A stretch of 63,994 nt of DNA, counting the filler, from Diploschistes diacapsis (taxonomy: Eukaryota): NCBI GenBank assembly GCA_023645945.1. It is 5 parts of 5 records of this genome, joined end to end, with 100 filler letters (N's around TTAATTAATTAA, not from the genome) between each part and the next. Parts side by side here need not be neighbours in the genome. Positions count along the whole stretch, not along the records: positions 24,771 to 55,964 come from JALAIB010000119.1; positions 56,065 to 63,994 come from JALAIB010001222.1; 3 more parts are not named here. One strand, given 5' to 3'. Numbering within the stretch: position 1 is the first letter of the stretch; each line of letters begins with the position of its first letter. Of the stretch, positions 50,139-62,549 are shown one piece after another. Position numbers and translations under genes: made by a program. The notes under the pieces are model-generated. The model was not told where the DNA came from. It ran no database searches and was given only the letters and a program-made list of their open reading frames with translations.

Positions 50139-52970
50139 GTGTTACATAGTGGGTCTTCACATGGATCCTCTACCCACCGGATAGCAGGAAGCCTTCCACA
50201 ACTTACTCGGTCAAGCGGCGGCAGCTCAGAAGGAGAGCGAGAAACAAATGGAAAAAAGCCTCAAAAAGAAGGCTCAAAGTTTTCGGCCCGGAATTCAAGC
50301 ACGCAGTTGAAGGAAAGTGAAATTAGAAACTTGATTAATACATGCAGAGTACGCTCAGAGGCGTTTAACGATTGATATCATCCTTTGCGAGTCGCGATTC
50401 AATCCTGGAATGTCTGGTTAGTAGATGATGGCTAACCAAATGCACGCGCAAGTTACCAAAACAACGGGACCCAAAACTTCTGCCACCAAACGCGACTAGG
50501 TGTTGGAAATAAACAAGCAAGGAAAGAGGAAACTTGGAGTCATACCGATGCCGCGCCAGATTCAGAGCCCTCTGAATGGGAACCATGACTCGTTCCTGCT
50601 CGCGCATAGGTGAAGCATCTTTTAGCGAACAACTCTACGGGGATATTACGCGCAGTAGTCAGCCTGTTGCCGACAAACGCTGTTGACTAGACCTACACGG
50701 CATATTGTTGCAAAAAAGGCGGCATACTCCGGCAAGAAGAGAAACCTTTGCGCCAAACCTGAAAAGAAGGCTCCTTTGCGTCCTCAAGACTCGAAGATAG
50801 AGGTATATGGTGGTGGTTCCAGATACGAGCCGCTTTTTCAAACTATGCCCTTCCAACGACCTTCTCTCGTACAGAGTTGGGATATGCCGACAAGCTTGCG
50901 CGGTTTTCCTCCACCAGCAAGCATTAGGCCTTCGGCGTCAGCGATAAAATATCTCTACTTTATATTCAAGGGCGTTACTTCGGCCCCCCCCTAGTCCTTA
51001 TATCAGTCAAGCTGCTGTGTTCCAGAGTCAAACTCGGATATTATATTAGGAGCCGAGCCCGGCAGATACTACGCAGTGACAGCAGGGTTCCTTATTGGAG
51101 TTTCTATATGAGCTTCCAAGAGCTGCAGAGACGAGCTTCAATGGTTCGTATTTTTGGGCTTGTGGGGGAAGGGACAGGTCGCCGAGCGAAATCTTCCCTG
51201 GGCCTGTCCTACTTTTTAGGAGGAGATAGGCTCAGATTGGGCAACAGTTTCTTTCAGGAGGAAGTTTATGAAAGACACAAAAATTCCCCTCGAGTCGCAA
51301 TATTGGTCCAGTGAATCTGACAATCGATATTAGTTGTGTCCGGTTCTTCTTTCCTTCATCGGTCCTTACTTCTATCATCGTTGCATAGTCGAGTACTTCC
51401 CTAACATTCCTGAAATTGGAACATACTCGTATCCTCTACACTACTCAATCCGAGAAAGCTCAGAAGGGTCTCTGCTACTTCGTCGACTCCGATATTGCTG
51501 AGTGCCGGTACACCCCATACACCAGCCTGAAAGGTTCAGACTACAGCGGAGGCTGAACCTCGCTTCACCAAAGAGGAGTTGAGGTATATCGGACTCGGCG
51601 GGGCCGCGATTGAGCTACCATATTGTCGCAGCTCAATAGAAAACCTATACACGAGTCCGTTTCTTACAACTATCCCTGCCTGGGATTTACGACGTAAAAG
51701 CCAGAAGAGCCCCTGTGGAGCCAAGTACGGCACGCGTAACGTGAGCTTCATGGTATAGGTACCCTCGTGCAGATGACGTCCTGGGGCAGCGGAATGTGGA
51801 GGTAGGCTACATTGCCTAGATGGACGGTCCTGAGCTTGATGAACGGGCTGCTATACTTGGTGCGCCATACCAGCTTCCAACCATCTTTGCTCCATAAGTG
51901 AATAAAACACTTACGGGAGTTGGCCATCAAGCGGTAGGTGAACAACTTCACGTCTTGTGCCGCAGTAAATCAGAGTAGAGAGTCCTAGCCCCTGCCAAAA
52001 GAGTATGTAAGACGACGAGCTGATGACGAGGTGGGGAGTAAAAGGCAAACAGGTTACGCTAGATAACTGTCTTCAACACGACGCGTGTTGTGATGGGGAT
52101 AGGTAATGTATTGATGTGATTGTGCATCTACGTACGTATATATATATTCGATGGCAAATATGGAGCAGGCCTGCTACAAAGCGATAACAAATATCCCAGT
52201 AAACCAAATAAGTCTCGTTAAGAAATCACTGTGGCGCGGATGTATCTGCGGCGCTGGCATCTGACCGCACAACGCTGATCTTGATGAGGTGCAGGCGAGA
52301 ATCCATTACGTGTGGGGCCGAATAAGAGAAGACAAATGGTAGAGCGAGCTGCTGTTACGTCTATATTTATGTATCAGGCCCCTGTCGGATTGTGAAAAGG
52401 GGGGAGGGCGGGATTGCCTCTGTAGTCTTTTACTTTCAGGTCCTCTTATGGCCTTCTGTATAGAAACATTTATGTCTGTTGGAGCAGCTTCTTTTTTGAG
52501 CTTCCGTGCAAAGTAAGGAGTATCGGCAGAAATATGCAGTCTGCACTCTTCAGGGGCTGTCATGAGCCAAGACAGGTTAGCATTAACGTCTAAGACCGTT
52601 GTGCATATATCCATAGCGATTGACGGTGCTACTTACGGGTAGTCTATCAAGGCTACAACAATCCTACGCCAGCATGCCACAGTGGAAGCATATTGTAAGC
52701 GAAAAGTGCCAGAAAGGCGAGCAGTCCGGGTGCGGCCCTGGCCAACTCTGTGAATGGGAGGCCTTCGGGTAGGATGAACTGCTGTAGTGTTTTGAGCACT
52801 GGTGCGAAAGAGGTATATTGCACGACGTAGCAATTAAGCCCAAGCCCAAGCTCTGCCGCGGTACAGCGCACAAAGCGGAGAAGTGTTGTCGCGGATATAA
52901 ACGCTCCACAGGCATGGCTGCTAGTCCCACGAATTGCGCAAGCAGATATATGCCAGCTTCCAGCCAGCAC

Positions 52971-54869
52971 TCAAAGATGCGGCAGAGCCTGTACCCAGGG
53001 TACCGTTGCATAGATTCCCAACGGCACCCTTCTCAAGTTCAAAAAGGCCTCGAAAACGATGTACAGACGAAAAAAGACATAAAACAGCGCAGTCACGAGG
53101 AAAAAAAGTTCGTAAGAGTACAGATACCCAAGGGCGCCACAGCAAAAGACTGACGAGAAGCTGAAGCTAAGGAGGGTTATCTGGAGAGGCATACTTCCCA
53201 TGATGCCAATGCCGGAAACCCTCCAAAGTAAACTTTTCAGTGGTTGACGGGAAAATGGAGTTCCAAGCCGAGAGGTGTACCGCGCCGTAGATTAATGCCA
53301 AGATGAGAAAGCCGACTAGGCCGTTCAAGTCCTCCCTGATGGCATCCGGCATGCCCCACATGATGGTCAGATAATCCCAATCGAAGTTGTCGCTGCGCTG
53401 CCACGCAGGCTTGAGTCTGATGTTCGGAGCACCGAGACCAAGTCCATTGTAATACCCTTCGAATGCTTGCCTTTCATTATCTGGCCATACCCAGCTACCT
53501 GAATCAGATTGGTAATAACATGGGTGTTTCTTCAAAGCTTGGCTGCAAGCTCCCATCGCCGTACATCTTTAGAGCTGAGGGCTATCTCATGATAGGTCTC
53601 AACTTCTCTTAGCGGGCCCAAGCCCACACTGTAACGACTGCCCGGTATGGAGTGAAACGACGGCGTTTAGCTTCGCCTGCTTCAGGGGTTTTGCAGGTGT
53701 CGATAATCCAGTTGGTAATGTTCTGTTATTTCAAGCGCTTTTGTGATGGATTTTGTCCTCTGAGTTTGATCTCCATATCCTGCCTAACTTTAGAATGTGT
53801 TGAAAATGGCTCGCAGTTGGTATTTGTTTTAGATATAACATACTACTTACTCTGCGTTTTTGATCGCCTGGCAGGTTGTACATCTACAGGCGACTCATTT
53901 CACATTTCTTTCCGGCAGGCAAAGATGCCATGAGCATCAGAGCTATGGTATCCATAAAAGCATCTGCATCGGCTATTGTCGGCTATTTAACATCTAGAGG
54001 TTTCTTTAAAGTTCAGCCACACTCAGATCACGGCTGCCATTTTCGACTCGGTAACTTACTTTCCACCATATGGCATAGATACATAGTGCGTAGAAAACAT
54101 GCACCATGGTGTGGATTTCAAGGAGCGCCAGGGGTAACCGGCCGCTTTCCGAGCAATACATTGTATTAGCATCCAGATCACCTGCGCACATACAAGCGCC
54201 TTCGCGAGAATGTTCGCCTTGCTTCGGTCCGAAATTTGCTCCTTGGGCATCTCCAGAAAGTGGCCATCCTAGGCCAGAAGTTCTACTCCTGCGGAGTTAA
54301 GGGTAACATGGGACTGTCCGTCAAGTATACTGCTGGTATCAAAGATAAACTCGCCCATTACAACCCAAAATCTTCCTTTGGAGAGTCTTTTGGGTCTAAC
54401 TGTGAGCCGAGTCAGAGAAAGCTACCATATTGGGAAGTATAGTTAGACGAACCGGGGCTTGTTCGATAACACCCATATCCTGTTTATATTTCGACTTTGT
54501 ACCTTTCATACTGCTCAGGCTCTTGCAAAATTTTCGCGCAGCACGGTACTGCGTGTGTGCCGTATAGAGAACCAACTCCGGCGCAAACAGGGCAGTGACT
54601 GCCAATTTTATCTTGGTACCCAAGGACCTCCACTTCGACTTTTGCGATGCCGGTATGTTTAGGTGTATGGCTGTATATATGCATGCAATGATGGTTACAA
54701 CACATCTCCATAGGATGTCGGCCGTACACGAAACGAAGGGCTATCGGCCCAGGCAGGGGGCAATCTCGGCGTTGAGGATCCTAGAGTTCCCAGCCACATC
54801 ATTTAACTGAGATTCGACTGTCGTTGTTATGGCTGGCATAATACCGAAGAGCAGCCCATAACACGACAT
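52971..54869 (-). pseudogene. Pseudogene of a widespread uncharacterised fungal multi-pass membrane protein family
   Basis: TADILWRCVVTIIACIYTAIHLNIP, ALFAPELVLYTA, EQISDRSKANILAKALVCAQVIW, LPLALLEIHT, YGAVHLSAWNSIFPS, RLYIVFEAFLNLR..YATVPW..LPHL, with frameshifts between blocks. Confidence 0.8.
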
Positions 54870-55813
54870 GTAGATGCCGTCTGTAGAGGCGTTAGGCCAC
54901 GAAAACTTTTGTGATCAAGAACTTCGAAGCTAGGAGGCAAGATTGGACGACACTAAGGTCACGGAGGTGTAGTTAGTAGCGAACTGGTAGTGCAAACAAA
55001 TGCTGACGCAGAACGTAGGATCCGCCGTGTAGGATCACCATCATCCCGGTCGATAAGCCTAGAAAGGTAGTGGATGACACGAGAAAGGAAGAGAGCACTG
55101 AGAACCTTAATGCACATGACCTTTTTTTTTTGATCTCCTCTTGGTCACAAATACAACGACCCTCGCTCTTCATCCAAATAAATCGGCCTATCACGGGTAA
55201 AAAGTTGGAAGCAGCTCTAAAAGAGCTTCTTATTAATTCTACAGATAATAATTCAGCGTTGAAGCACCGTAAGAAACTCCCATTTTAACTTTCTTCTGGA
55301 TAATCAATCATCTTTAAGATGTAAATACTGGTCCTAAGCAAAAACAATTAAGTGATTCCGACTATGGTTTGTACGAAGAGCCGGCCGTCCTGAAGAAGAG
55401 AAATGTGTTGGAGCAGGGTAATCTGATCACGTGACGTATCATACCATGCGATGTGATATAAAGTGCCAGTTTTAGTATCACTAAGCCACATAGTCAAAAG
55501 ACCAACAATATTGAACTAAACAACTTGGTATATATAAGCAAGACCACACTGATGCATATGGTGCTGGGGAATATCCTAGCCACCTTTACTATATTGTACA
55601 CAAGTCATGAAGGTTTCCCAGAACCTTCATCCAAAACCCAAGACACTTTACGCCCTACTACTGCCTATTGTACCAGCATGGCTCCCCAATACTATTGTCC
55701 TACTTACCTACAGTTCATCAGGAAGCAGGAAAGGAAATAATTGCTCGTGTATACAACAAGTAACAAGAATAGATGAACGTGAACCCATGTAACGGATGCG
55801 GATGTGAGATCCA

Positions 55814-55850
55814 CATTCCTATTCCTATTCCTATTCCTATCCCTATCCCT
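55814..55850 (+). repeat. (ATTCCT/ATCCCT)n hexanucleotide microsatellite
   Basis: About 6 tandem units, directly visible. Confidence 0.8.
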
Positions 55851-55964
55851 GTACTTATCCCGATCTCTTGTCTCCCATACCATACATAAACCCACCTCCC
55901 CACTGTTTTCGGAATTTGGAATCCGAGACCAATCAAGCTTTCTTCTTCCCCCCCTTCCCCACTC

Positions 55965-56064
55965 NNNNNNNNNNNNNNNNNNNNNNNNNNNNNNNNNNNN
56001 NNNNNNNNTTAATTAATTAANNNNNNNNNNNNNNNNNNNNNNNNNNNNNNNNNNNNNNNNNNNN
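55965..56064. other. Artificial contig-joining linker
   Basis: N44-TTAATTAATTAA-N44. Confidence 0.97.
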
Positions 56065-56364
56065 TATTAGAAGTAATCGTATTATATTTTTTAAAAATCG
56101 AAATTCGTATAAAAAAGGCTGATATATCTAAAAATAAAAATCGTACGAAGGAAATCGAATTACGCGTACGACGTTATAATAAATATAATTAATTCGAATA
56201 TAATACGCGAATATACGTAATAGAATTTATAGCTTTTAAAAAAGATATTAATAATTAATATAATAAATTATCGTACGAATTGATTGCGTAAATATAATTA
56301 CAACTTATACGAATCGAGAAGGGTATCCGTTCGCTATAAGTGTCCGCTCGCTATGCATATACGT
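56065..56364 (+). mobile_element. 3' end of a RIP-mutated Fot1/pogo (Tc1-mariner) DNA transposon with its right TIR
   Basis: 56163-56216 reads RVRRYNKYN*FEYNTRIY, which reverts by C>T/G>A changes alone to the RRCxKCxQxGHNARTC zinc knuckle of Fot1-type transposases. The TIR-like end 56321-56364 has two direct repeats at 17-nt spacing and ends in ACGT. Confidence 0.75.
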
Positions 56365-56827
56365 CAAATCTTTTACATTAATTATAAACGAGTTTTTAAT
56401 TTATTCTCGTTCTATCGTCATGAAAAACTCCATGTTACTACTATATTTGGGATGGGTTGGCCGTTAAATACCTCCGTAATTTCATGTCCAGGATTACAAC
56501 ATCAACTATTAAATCATTTACATCGTTAGTTATCCCAGTTCATGTCAACCATCTTTGATTACCAGTTACACGCAACAGCAAGTCATTTACGGCTGACCCA
56601 ACTCATGTTGATGACAAGCCAGGATGAATTTGATCATGGATGAAGTTCACGTAGCTAGTTCTTATGTTCAAGGGAAATAAATTCCGGCTTGGTAATCGGG
56701 GTGGATTTGGATGGGTCCTGCAGAGTGGTTCTCACGACACTGGGGCGAGAGTTAACGACGTGTGAACTCGGGCTACTCCTAGGCCTCTCCACTCAGATCC
56801 TCCAGCGTCTTATTCTATTCGAGCAGC

Positions 56828-58100
56828 ATGGAGTCCTCCTCGCTGACACTGTTGCCTTGCGAGGAAGGTACTTGCGCAGTGTCTTTTGCAATATCTGAGG
56901 ACTATACTGCGGTTACTCTGGATGATCGCTCGGTCCACGTCCTCTCTTCTGTGGACGGAAATCATAGATATTCAATAACCGATCCTCGTGGTATTGTGTG
57001 GGGCGTTGCTTTAGCAGCGGATATCGTAGTGACTGGATCGGTTGACGGGTCCTTGAGCGCACACGATATTTCCAAGCAGTAAGCGACAGTGCTTAGTTTG
57101 TTCCTCTCCCTTGAAGACTCTGTTGCGCTCCACATTGCCAGAGCTTTTCTATTGCCGGCAACCTTCAAAGCAACAGCCCAATGATGAGCGTACGCTAATG
57201 CCATACTTAGATCAATTATAGCAACTGCTCCCGGTCCAGCAAACCCCCGCAATGAGTCGATCATCACACTCGTTATCATTCCAGACTCGAGTGATCCGTT
57301 AAAAGCTGTTTCCGCTTCGCTCGGGGGAGAGCTCCGCTACTGGGACGTCGGCCAGCAGCGCTGCAGTGCTGTTTTTGAAGGCGGGCACAATAGTGATGTC
57401 TTCAGGGCTTGCAAATTGGAGGACAAGCTCTTTTCTGCAAGCTACGAAGGCTCTCTGTGCTGTTGGCACCTAGACACCGGTGATTTAGTATGGCGAAATC
57501 AATTCTCTAAGCAGGCATATGCCTTCGTGGCTGGCGATATTGACACTGTAGCTGTGGGCTTCCGGGATGGTGAGATCAAGATTCTGAATCCTGAAAAGGG
57601 GTAGGTCGTTTCGTTGACCAGTTACATTCGGCTTTCTCCTCTTTGAAGAAGTAACTTGCTAATGCTCAAACAGGGAGGTATTGGCATCCTTTGCTGCACA
57701 CGAAAAAGTTGTCAACGGCCTGCGTTTGTACAAGGACACGCTGGTCAGCACCGGAACCGACGGCTGGGTTAAAGTGTGGTCTGCAAATGACCATAAGCTT
57801 CTCCGCCAGGTGAAAATGTTTGACAAGGCCATCGTCAGCAGGAGTATGCATGGCCCTTTGATTGTAGCTGGCGGAAAGAATGGTGGAGCAGAAGAGAATG
57901 CCTGTGGACTGGACGCTTGCGTACGGGCATGGTCGGTGGACAGGAATGGTTCGGAGAAGGCTTTTGATATGGGTGGATCCACTGTCGTGGTATGGAATGT
58001 AGGTAGCATCGACGGAAGAGTCGTTGCTTCGCTTCAGAGGAGAGGTAAGCCGGCTGTGGAGATCTGGCGCCTGTCTGTAGAAAGTACTGTTTCGTCCTAG
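56828..58100 (+). CDS. WD40-repeat protein, about 355 aa; exons 56828-57078, 57211-57600, 57674-58100
   Basis: VVTGSVDGSLSAHD, SASLGGELRYWD, FSASYEGSLCCWH, LVSTGTDGWVKVWS. Both GT-AG introns have branch sites and keep the frame. Confidence 0.75.
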
Positions 58101-59188
58101 GCAAGGATCATTGGGGTCATGAGAATAATGCATTCAAGGAATGAACACGTGTTTTACAAGTGTTGAAGGCGTCATAAACAGCCTTAATTCTCCTATAACC
58201 TCCTGCCCTTTGCTGCCGCTGTTGCCCTATCCGTCCGAGGCCTCTTTACTCTGAAATAAGCAAAAAGTAGGTCACCAGAAGCGCCTGTTCAAACTTTTAG
58301 GAATCCAAATTTCCACATCTATGAACCAGCTACAGTCTCATTTATTTGATCCTCTCGAACGACCGCTCCCAAACAATCTCATCTCATATTGATTCCATAC
58401 ATCCGCCCGAAAGATCGGCCCAATCTCATATGGGCGTATAGCTGAATTAGCGTACAACTACTCGACCTTCTGACAAGAAACAAAAAGAGTTCTAAGCGAG
58501 ATAGGAAGCTGCTATGAATGATATGCTGTCATTGGCGTCCCTGATCGGGGCAGTGGGTGGGCATCGCGAAACCTCGGCACCGCCTCTTTTCCGTTCGTTG
58601 GGCTCTGTAAGTGAGTGCCGGAAATCATGGCAATACACTTACTTCTTTGGGATGCAGTTTAGCGCGCGAAACAGGAAGCTCAACTCCTCAATATGGGAGT
58701 ATCACCTACTTTCGGATCAAGTCTAGCAAGAGTGGGAACTAGAATATTTGAGCAAAATCATAACGCTGCATGCCATTTTCAAATAACGCTACTGTGGGAG
58801 TGGAGGAATTCACCAGTCGTTGTCGTACAAGTCCAACCATCGGCTCTAGTCATACAACTCATGACCTTCTGATCGTAGGAGGATTGCCCAACCCCGCATC
58901 CCCTTCTCGTTACATCCAATTAAAAACGGCCATGCGATAATCGCAACTTTCTTGACTGGGCGACAAGATATAGCCTTGAGGTTCGCCTGACTCTCTTTTC
59001 CTATGCTTAGTCCAACAAGAACTTTCAATGCCAAGGAGAGGTACAGGGAGGAGCGGTGCGGACGCCGAACAACACGACCGAAGTTCTAAGGCAGTTGTGG
59101 TAGGAAATCGGAACCTTCAGTATTATATCCAGCTAACGAGATCCTTTAGAGGTCGTCTTCCCCTCGAGCATATCCGCGCACTAGAACT

Positions 59189-60851
59189 ATGATCAGAAAA
59201 CAGAAAAAAAAAGAAGACGAATCGATTCATTAATAAACGAATAATGTTCTATAGGTCCATCAGCGCTTAAAATCGCCGAAAAGACGACGTGAAAGATTTC
59301 TAAAGGAACAGAAGGCTAGGACAGCCCAATCGGAAGAGTAAGCGACGCAAGTTTCAGCTTCAGGCAGGGGTGCGCGAAGACCCAAGAACTCTTCTTTACC
59401 GCAGAAGCCAGGTCCCGCAGTACCGAGAGCATCAGGGTTTGGCGTCAATGTGCTTGCAGAACCTGGTCAATCCGGAAACAGAGGTCGTGGTTCAGCAGCA
59501 AAAGGTCGCGGTACATCGGCTAGAGGCCGTGGAATACAATTAAGAGGCGATAAAGCTACTGGAGAACCCGTTGAATCATCGAGAACAGCTCTAGGAGCAC
59601 TAAGAAGAGGAAGAACGTCAGGTCGAGGCTCTAGAGCATCTCGAAAAGGGCGTACATCAGGTTTGAAAGGAACAGTGAGCAACAATGAAGATACAGTTAG
59701 ACCAGACAGCGCGCAAATTATTATAAGAGTGGAACCTGCTATTCAAAACCAACCGAGCGGATCAGAACTATACAGTTCATAGGAGCCAGAGGCGAGCTTA
59801 AGAAGAGTATCAAAGCACCCGGCACAAGATACTGTCAGTGAAAGGTTCTTTTCTACAAATAACTTTGCCTGACGTACATAGTTTACAGTTCACACGCGAA
59901 TCTAATTGTATGACATCGACGCAGCGTCTCTAGATCGCATGCTTAAAAATCGTGTTTTAAATCTTTTAAGTAATCCTGATAGCGTCCCCGAAGACCAGTT
60001 CGATATAAGAAATGATCGGCGTGCGAGTTCAACGTCCAGAAATATCCTAGATAATAGATCTACGGCAGTATTTATAGCTAAAAACAAAGATACTAGAAAC
60101 AGTAAATTAATAAATAATAAATTAAAATTTCGTCGAATTATTCTTAAAGAAGATCCGAGAAAAGACGAAGAAACTAAACGTTTCAAAGATATTATAAAAA
60201 CGGAATTATTTTAACGTCATTTATCCGAAGTTCCGGAACTTAAAACTACTTTAGATAAATATTTTAAATAAATTAAATAGAATCCGACGTCGAGTTATTA
60301 TCTATTTATTAACGACCTGTATCTTATGTTTAACGAAAACAAAAAAGATAATAAATACCCGATTATTTATCCCGAGTACTTTAATAGTTTTTTATAAAAA
60401 TACCGGACGTAGAATGAAACTATGCTTTAAAGATTAATTATAATTAATATCTTTTATCTTTATTAACTTTACGACATTTTTGATTATAATACTAAATGGC
60501 AATGGACCCTGGCGAAAGATGTCTGCTTACCTTTTATTTAGGAAGGTAAGATTAAGATACTTAAGTCAGATTTAGCGATGAGCTTTAAGCTGAGCTTATT
60601 TATTATGGATGAGGATAATGCGGACCCGATTCCTTCGGAACTTTTATTTTGTGCGTAGCTCGACGGTGGGTTTCGGTGCTTTTCCGTTCTTGTTTATGGA
60701 GGTTAAAAAGGCCGGTGTTGATTTGGCCGATGTTGAACGTGACAATTTATATAGCGCTAGTTAGGCATTGTATAATATTTATCGTTGGATGCTGCGAGCG
60801 TCTAAAAAAAGCGAATGTTTCGAACGGGTTCGCGTATTTTCCTTCGTTTTT
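59189..60851 (+). pseudogene. RIP-inactivated gene for a PD-(D/E)xK/restriction-endonuclease-fold protein with an RG-rich N-terminus
   Basis: One frame runs from ATG 59189 to 60682, containing ORFs 59450 and 59906. After a 1-nt T insertion it continues RCF-PFLFMEVKKA..NLYSAS*ALYNIY..RVRVFSFVFN. ILKSDLAMSF at 60557 reverts to MPKPDLAMSF by transitions only. About 18 stops in total. Confidence 0.7.
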
Positions 60852-62549
60852 AACGTAAGGGAAAAGGCCCTCTCGACATTATTATAAAGAGAGCTCGGAC
60901 CTCGAGAACTGGTAGTGAACACATAGGGCAGTCTTTCTAAATGTCCTAACTAAACGCTTCCAGTTAATGATTGACGAATGAACAATGTACAACAGCAGAG
61001 CTTTGTAAGAAAGAGTTCAGGTCGGCTTTTCGGGAACAAGTCCAGATTATGAACTCTTGGGGTAAAGGGATATCGATGTTATGGCATCCTTTTTCGCATT
61101 GGGAAATGGTCAAGAGGGCTTGATGGGCTATGGCGTTCACCGTATTATGTATGACCACCTTGACTGAAAGGCCATGATTAATACTCCATGTAGCCTTTGC
61201 GTAGGCAAGTATCAGGTACTTAAAGAATCGAGAAGCAGAGCATTTATTATTTACGCATTAGTAATGATCACGCACGAAATGAATATAAAAAAAGTAAGCC
61301 AAGCATGAAGCTCCGCTCTATACCATATACGAGCTCCTTGTTTTTAGAGTCGAAAGCTCTTGTCTCATTATAATTGGCCGACTACTCATAGGAGCCTTCA
61401 TTAACATACCTGCTGCTTGTAACAGATCAGATTTCATAGGAAGTGTGGATGGTTTTCCTCGGCTCCAGTATATAACAACGACGAAGGCCACGACGATGGA
61501 GAACTTCATACAACCTCAAAACTACGGGACCGCCTATAGGCAAACCCCGTTGATACTTTCGCCATGAACCAAGAGTCCACTGAAGCCATCACCGACGAGT
61601 CTGCATGCCTGCTCGACCCTGGAGAGCTGCTCCTAGATATTTCTTACGACCCAGTCAAAGCAAACATGCCGGCCGAACCGACACTAATGATAGTATAGAA
61701 CAGAATACCTCGCTGCCCATCGCCACTTTTCCCGTGGTGCTGCTGGTGGCCGTAGTCATGGCAACGACAGCCGCAACCACAACTGTACGCCTACCCCAAG
61801 CTCCTCTCCGAGGGCCTGACTCGCTGCAAGGGCTCTGAAAAGAACGGGTCCGCTGGAGCAGTGGCTGCAGCATCGCTGATCGCGAACGCATGCGGGATAC
61901 TGGTTTTGGATCCGTTGGAGCAGTGGTTCAGGGATAATCGCTTGTTGGACTTGCTGTTATGGCCGGTGTACCCCGTCTGATGAGCGCCGTGGTGCTTGCG
62001 CTCGGAGGTGAGAGCTCCCCAAAACTACGACGAAAAGCGGTCCATCACTGACCGATGACTATGTGAAGTTTGCGTAGGAAGCATCGGTGTTGCGCTCTCT
62101 GGTCGCGTGTTCCAGGGCCCGGCGTCAGATCATCTTTCGCGTCTTCGCTTGAATTTAGTCTACGTGCAGGCTCCTCTGAGGGATACCGTTTCGTTTCTAT
62201 GCTGATCGCTTTTGCTCGCTTGCGCTGTAAGATCAAAGCTAGCGGTAAACTTTCGGACCCTAGACGCTAGTGCTTCGGGAGGCCTCTTTCTCCGCGTCAC
62301 GAATAAACTGTACTTCACCAGATTCAAGAGGCTGGATATGGCATCGAACACACAGCGTCGTTATGGAAGGCTCAAGTATAAAGACAAAGATATTCCCGTG
62401 CTTCCTCTTCCCCACCCACACCTCCTGTCGCTGAGCTTCCAAAGTTGCACGTGAGACGCCTATTCCTTTCATTCTCTCTCTCATCGACAACAAGATAACC
62501 CTTCCGCAACAAAACACCTAGCCCAACAACCGTTGCGAACCTCGCAACC

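Noticed and set aside
51770..51960. GYIA..AILG..P.IFAP, weakly like a HET-6 C-terminal motif
   Set aside because: A single weak match containing stops; insufficient.
58520..58560. AVIGVPD, as in AMP-binding enzymes
   Set aside because: Isolated 7-aa match with no other adenylation-domain motifs.
60500..60560. RKMSAYLLFRK resembling an HMG/MAT box
   Set aside because: It is an alternative frame of the RIP-mutated nuclease gene, whose own frame explains the region better.
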